NCBI GenBank assembly: GCA_040754655.1
Contig: JBFMCE010000030.1
Coordinates: 1 to 39,559 of the forward strand
Direction of reading: 5' to 3'
Length of the DNA: 39,559 bases
Source: Bdellovibrionota bacterium
Lineage (GTDB): Bacteria; Bdellovibrionota; UBA1018; UBA923
Shown here: positions 37,813 to 39,559 of the stretch, piece by piece
How positions within the stretch are numbered: position 1 is the stretch's first letter
Layout: each line of letters starts with the position of its first letter
Notes under the pieces: model-generated
What the model saw: the letters and a program-made list of their open reading frames with translations, nothing else
Databases searched by the model: none
Told to the model about the DNA's origin: nothing
Translations under genes and position numbers: made by a program

Positions 37813-38952
37813 TCAAGCCCGACGTCTTTTCTTCGGAAAGAAAATCCTTCGCAACGCCGTCCACGCAACGCAATCTTTGGGAGTCAAAGCAAGTCTCACT
37901 GACTCGAAGATAAGCCAAAGCACATAAATCAACAGCACGGCCTCGTGCGAGGATGACATGATGAACTGAGCGAGCCAAAGAATGAAAAGCCCCACAGCTT
38001 CATAGTCACGAATCTTCAGATCGGCCAAAAAGACAACCGCAAGAGCAGACTGAGCGATCGTCAACAAAAGCTCCAGGCGTTGAAATTCGGTGAGTTCGAT
38101 CGTAAAAAGATGGCCGGCGCTTAAACTAAAAATGAGAGGAACCAATCCCGCAAGCAACGTCCATTGGCTCGTCACCGAAGACAACATATTGACTATCGCA
38201 AGCGGTACCTTGCGAGCCTGGCGCGCCCAACCAAATGCCGTCACTTTCTCTGGAAACTCGGAGGCCACAGGAGCAACCCATTGGATGAAAACGAACTCAC
38301 TAATGCCGATGCTGAGAGCCGCGACTTTAAGCGACTCGACAAAAGGATGCGCGGTAAAATAGAGCAAAACCCCGCCAAACAGAAATAACCCAAGGGCCGA
38401 GAGCTTCTGCGCCCCACTAGGCAGCTTCAAGATCTTCCGAACGACCCAAGGCTCTCCTGCTTCGTCATGTTCCGCTTGTGGCGGAGTGACTCCATGTTTT
38501 CGTTCTTGGTTGAGCATCCAAAAATAGAAGACGTAAAACCCGCAGAGAATAATGCCGTCATAGGCGCTCCAGGTTTTCTTGCCCCAGATCACCAGAAAAT
38601 AAATTACGGGAATCGCAAGTCCCGCAGCCTCAACCGCAAAGGACTCTGGAAGAGTAACCGAGCGCACCGTGATATTTTTTTTTCGCTGCGAGAACCAATG
38701 TATGAAGAAGATCATCGGCCATCCCAGTCCCATGAGCAACCGCAGGCTGCCGGTGAGATTGGCAAGAGCAAGATGCGAGTCACGGCTCCATGCGATGGTC
38801 GCTTCTACCGCAAATTCGGGAGAGGTCTGCAGCCAGGCAAGCACTGCAAGAGCAATTCCCGCCGAGAGATGCACCGCTGTTACTTCAGCCGCCCAACCAA
38901 TAACGATGGCGGCAAACATCAAGAGTGGAAATGTCCAGAGTAAGGTAAGCAT
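37813..38952 (-). CDS. CaCA-family cation (Na+/H+:Ca2+) antiporter
   Basis: Alpha repeats QTSPEFAVE..ANLTGS and ASEFPEK..NMLSS; about 10 TM helices. Confidence 0.85.
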   Translation of the reverse strand: MLTLLWTFPLLMFAAIVIGWAAEVTAVHLSAGIALAVLAWLQTSPEFAVEATIAWSRDSHLALANLTGSLRLLMGLGWPMIFFIHWFSQRKKNITVRSVTLPESFAVEAAGLAIPVIYFLVIWGKKTWSAYDGIILCGFYVFYFWMLNQERKHGVTPPQAEHDEAGEPWVVRKILKLPSGAQKLSALGLFLFGGVLLYFTAHPFVESLKVAALSIGISEFVFIQWVAPVASEFPEKVTAFGWARQARKVPLAIVNMLSSVTSQWTLLAGLVPLIFSLSAGHLFTIELTEFQRLELLLTIAQSALAVVFLADLKIRDYEAVGLFILWLAQFIMSSSHEAVLLIYVLWLIFESVRLALTPKDCVAWTALRRIFFPKKRRRA

Positions 38953-39083
38953 TTCATGTTCTTTCGCTTAAAGAAGGTTGTTTGGCAAGCTCTTGAGGGC
39001 ATGGCTCTTCATAAATTGAAAGGAATCGTGTGAAATCTCGCCCTGATTTGTTACAAGCAAGCAGACTCACTTATTTTATCTTT

Positions 39084-39158
39084 GGTCTCGTAGTGTAATG
39101 GATAACATGGCACCCTCCGAAGGTGCAGATACAGGTTCGATTCCTGTCGAGACTACCA
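39084..39158 (+). tRNA. tRNA-Arg(CCG)
   Basis: GGTCTCG TA GTGT..GCACC CTCCGAA GGTGC..ACAGG TTCGATT CCTGT CGAGACT ACCA; 75 nt with encoded CCA. Confidence 0.96.
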
Positions 39159-39359
39159 GCTTTCTGTGAATAAAGCCGCACATAGTGGCTTCTTCGCCGC
39201 ACAAGATGAATGAAGCCGACACGATCGTTCACATAAGCGGCCGAACCTATGTCCCACACATTTTTAATCAAACAAGAATCATTGTAATGGCACTCGGTCG
39301 CACGTCCAGTCAAAGAAAAATCTCTTAATGTAATAAAGAATAGGCGACCAGCCTTTTAC

Positions 39360-39375
39360 TGGCACTCTCATTGCT
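39360..39375 (+). promoter_or_regulatory. sigma54 -24/-12 promoter
   Basis: TGGCACTCTCATTGCT matches TGGCAC-N5-TTGCW; followed by a GGAGG RBS and ATG at 39399. Confidence 0.7.
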
Positions 39376-39398
39376 TTCTTGTTTGCTGGGAGGCCACT

Positions 39399-39559
39399 AT
39401 GCTTGGAAAGAAGAAGGCAGAAATTCCAGAACCAGACTATCACCGAGAACCTCAAGAAGAGCCCGGATCCCCAGGATCGATCGAGCAACATCTCGACATG
39501 ATCGAAAACGGACCCCTTCGAGGAGACGAAATCTTGCACACACATGGCTCGGCTGCCCC
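39399..39559 (+). CDS. 5' part of a hypothetical CDS running off the window
   Basis: GGAGG RBS; open frame MLGKKKAEIPEPDYHREPQEEPGSPGSIEQHLDMIENGPLRGDEILHTHGSAA to the window end; absent from the ORF track. Confidence 0.6.
   Translation, partial: MLGKKKAEIPEPDYHREPQEEPGSPGSIEQHLDMIENGPLRGDEILHTHGSAA

Noticed and set aside
39071..39545. Minus-strand ORFs 39071-39313 and 39279-39545
   Set aside because: They are antisense to tRNA-Arg and to the better-supported plus-strand promoter/RBS/CDS.

Overview
Bacterial chromosomal window with no rRNA, CRISPR array, integrase or transposase. Gene content (three PilZ proteins, a GYF_2 protein, a STAS/Zn-ribbon protein, a CheA-like kinase without a CheW domain, an mreB with no mreCD) suggests a Bdellovibrionota/Oligoflexia-like organism; this is inference. 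(1) 1-8.6 kb, off the 3' end of tRNA-Pro(CGG): mostly exported hypothetical proteins, including a Cys-rich protein, a probable beta-barrel, a KGGQE-repeat protein, an Asp-box propeller, DUF5995-like and DUF1566-like proteins, plus a general stress protein. (2) 9.7-18 kb, the most notable locus: a 1982-aa Ser/Thr kinase-AAA-GAF-PAS-HPt-CheA-type HATPase hybrid followed by a CheY-like receiver. It is transcribed divergently from a CheX-PAS-PP2C fusion, so a two-chemistry kinase faces a two-chemistry phosphatase. (3) 18-39.5 kb: mostly housekeeping and signalling genes (cytochrome c, HTH regulator, STAS/HATPase pair-maf-yggS-creatininase-fabI, amn-mreB-PilZ, rfbB-rfbA, CoA-transferase-rlmE-RibD-like, GYF-PilZ, hutG, truncated MCP, PilZ, DedA, CaCA antiporter, tRNA-Arg(CCG)), ending in a partial CDS. 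All calls are by-eye motif recognition; no searches were run.
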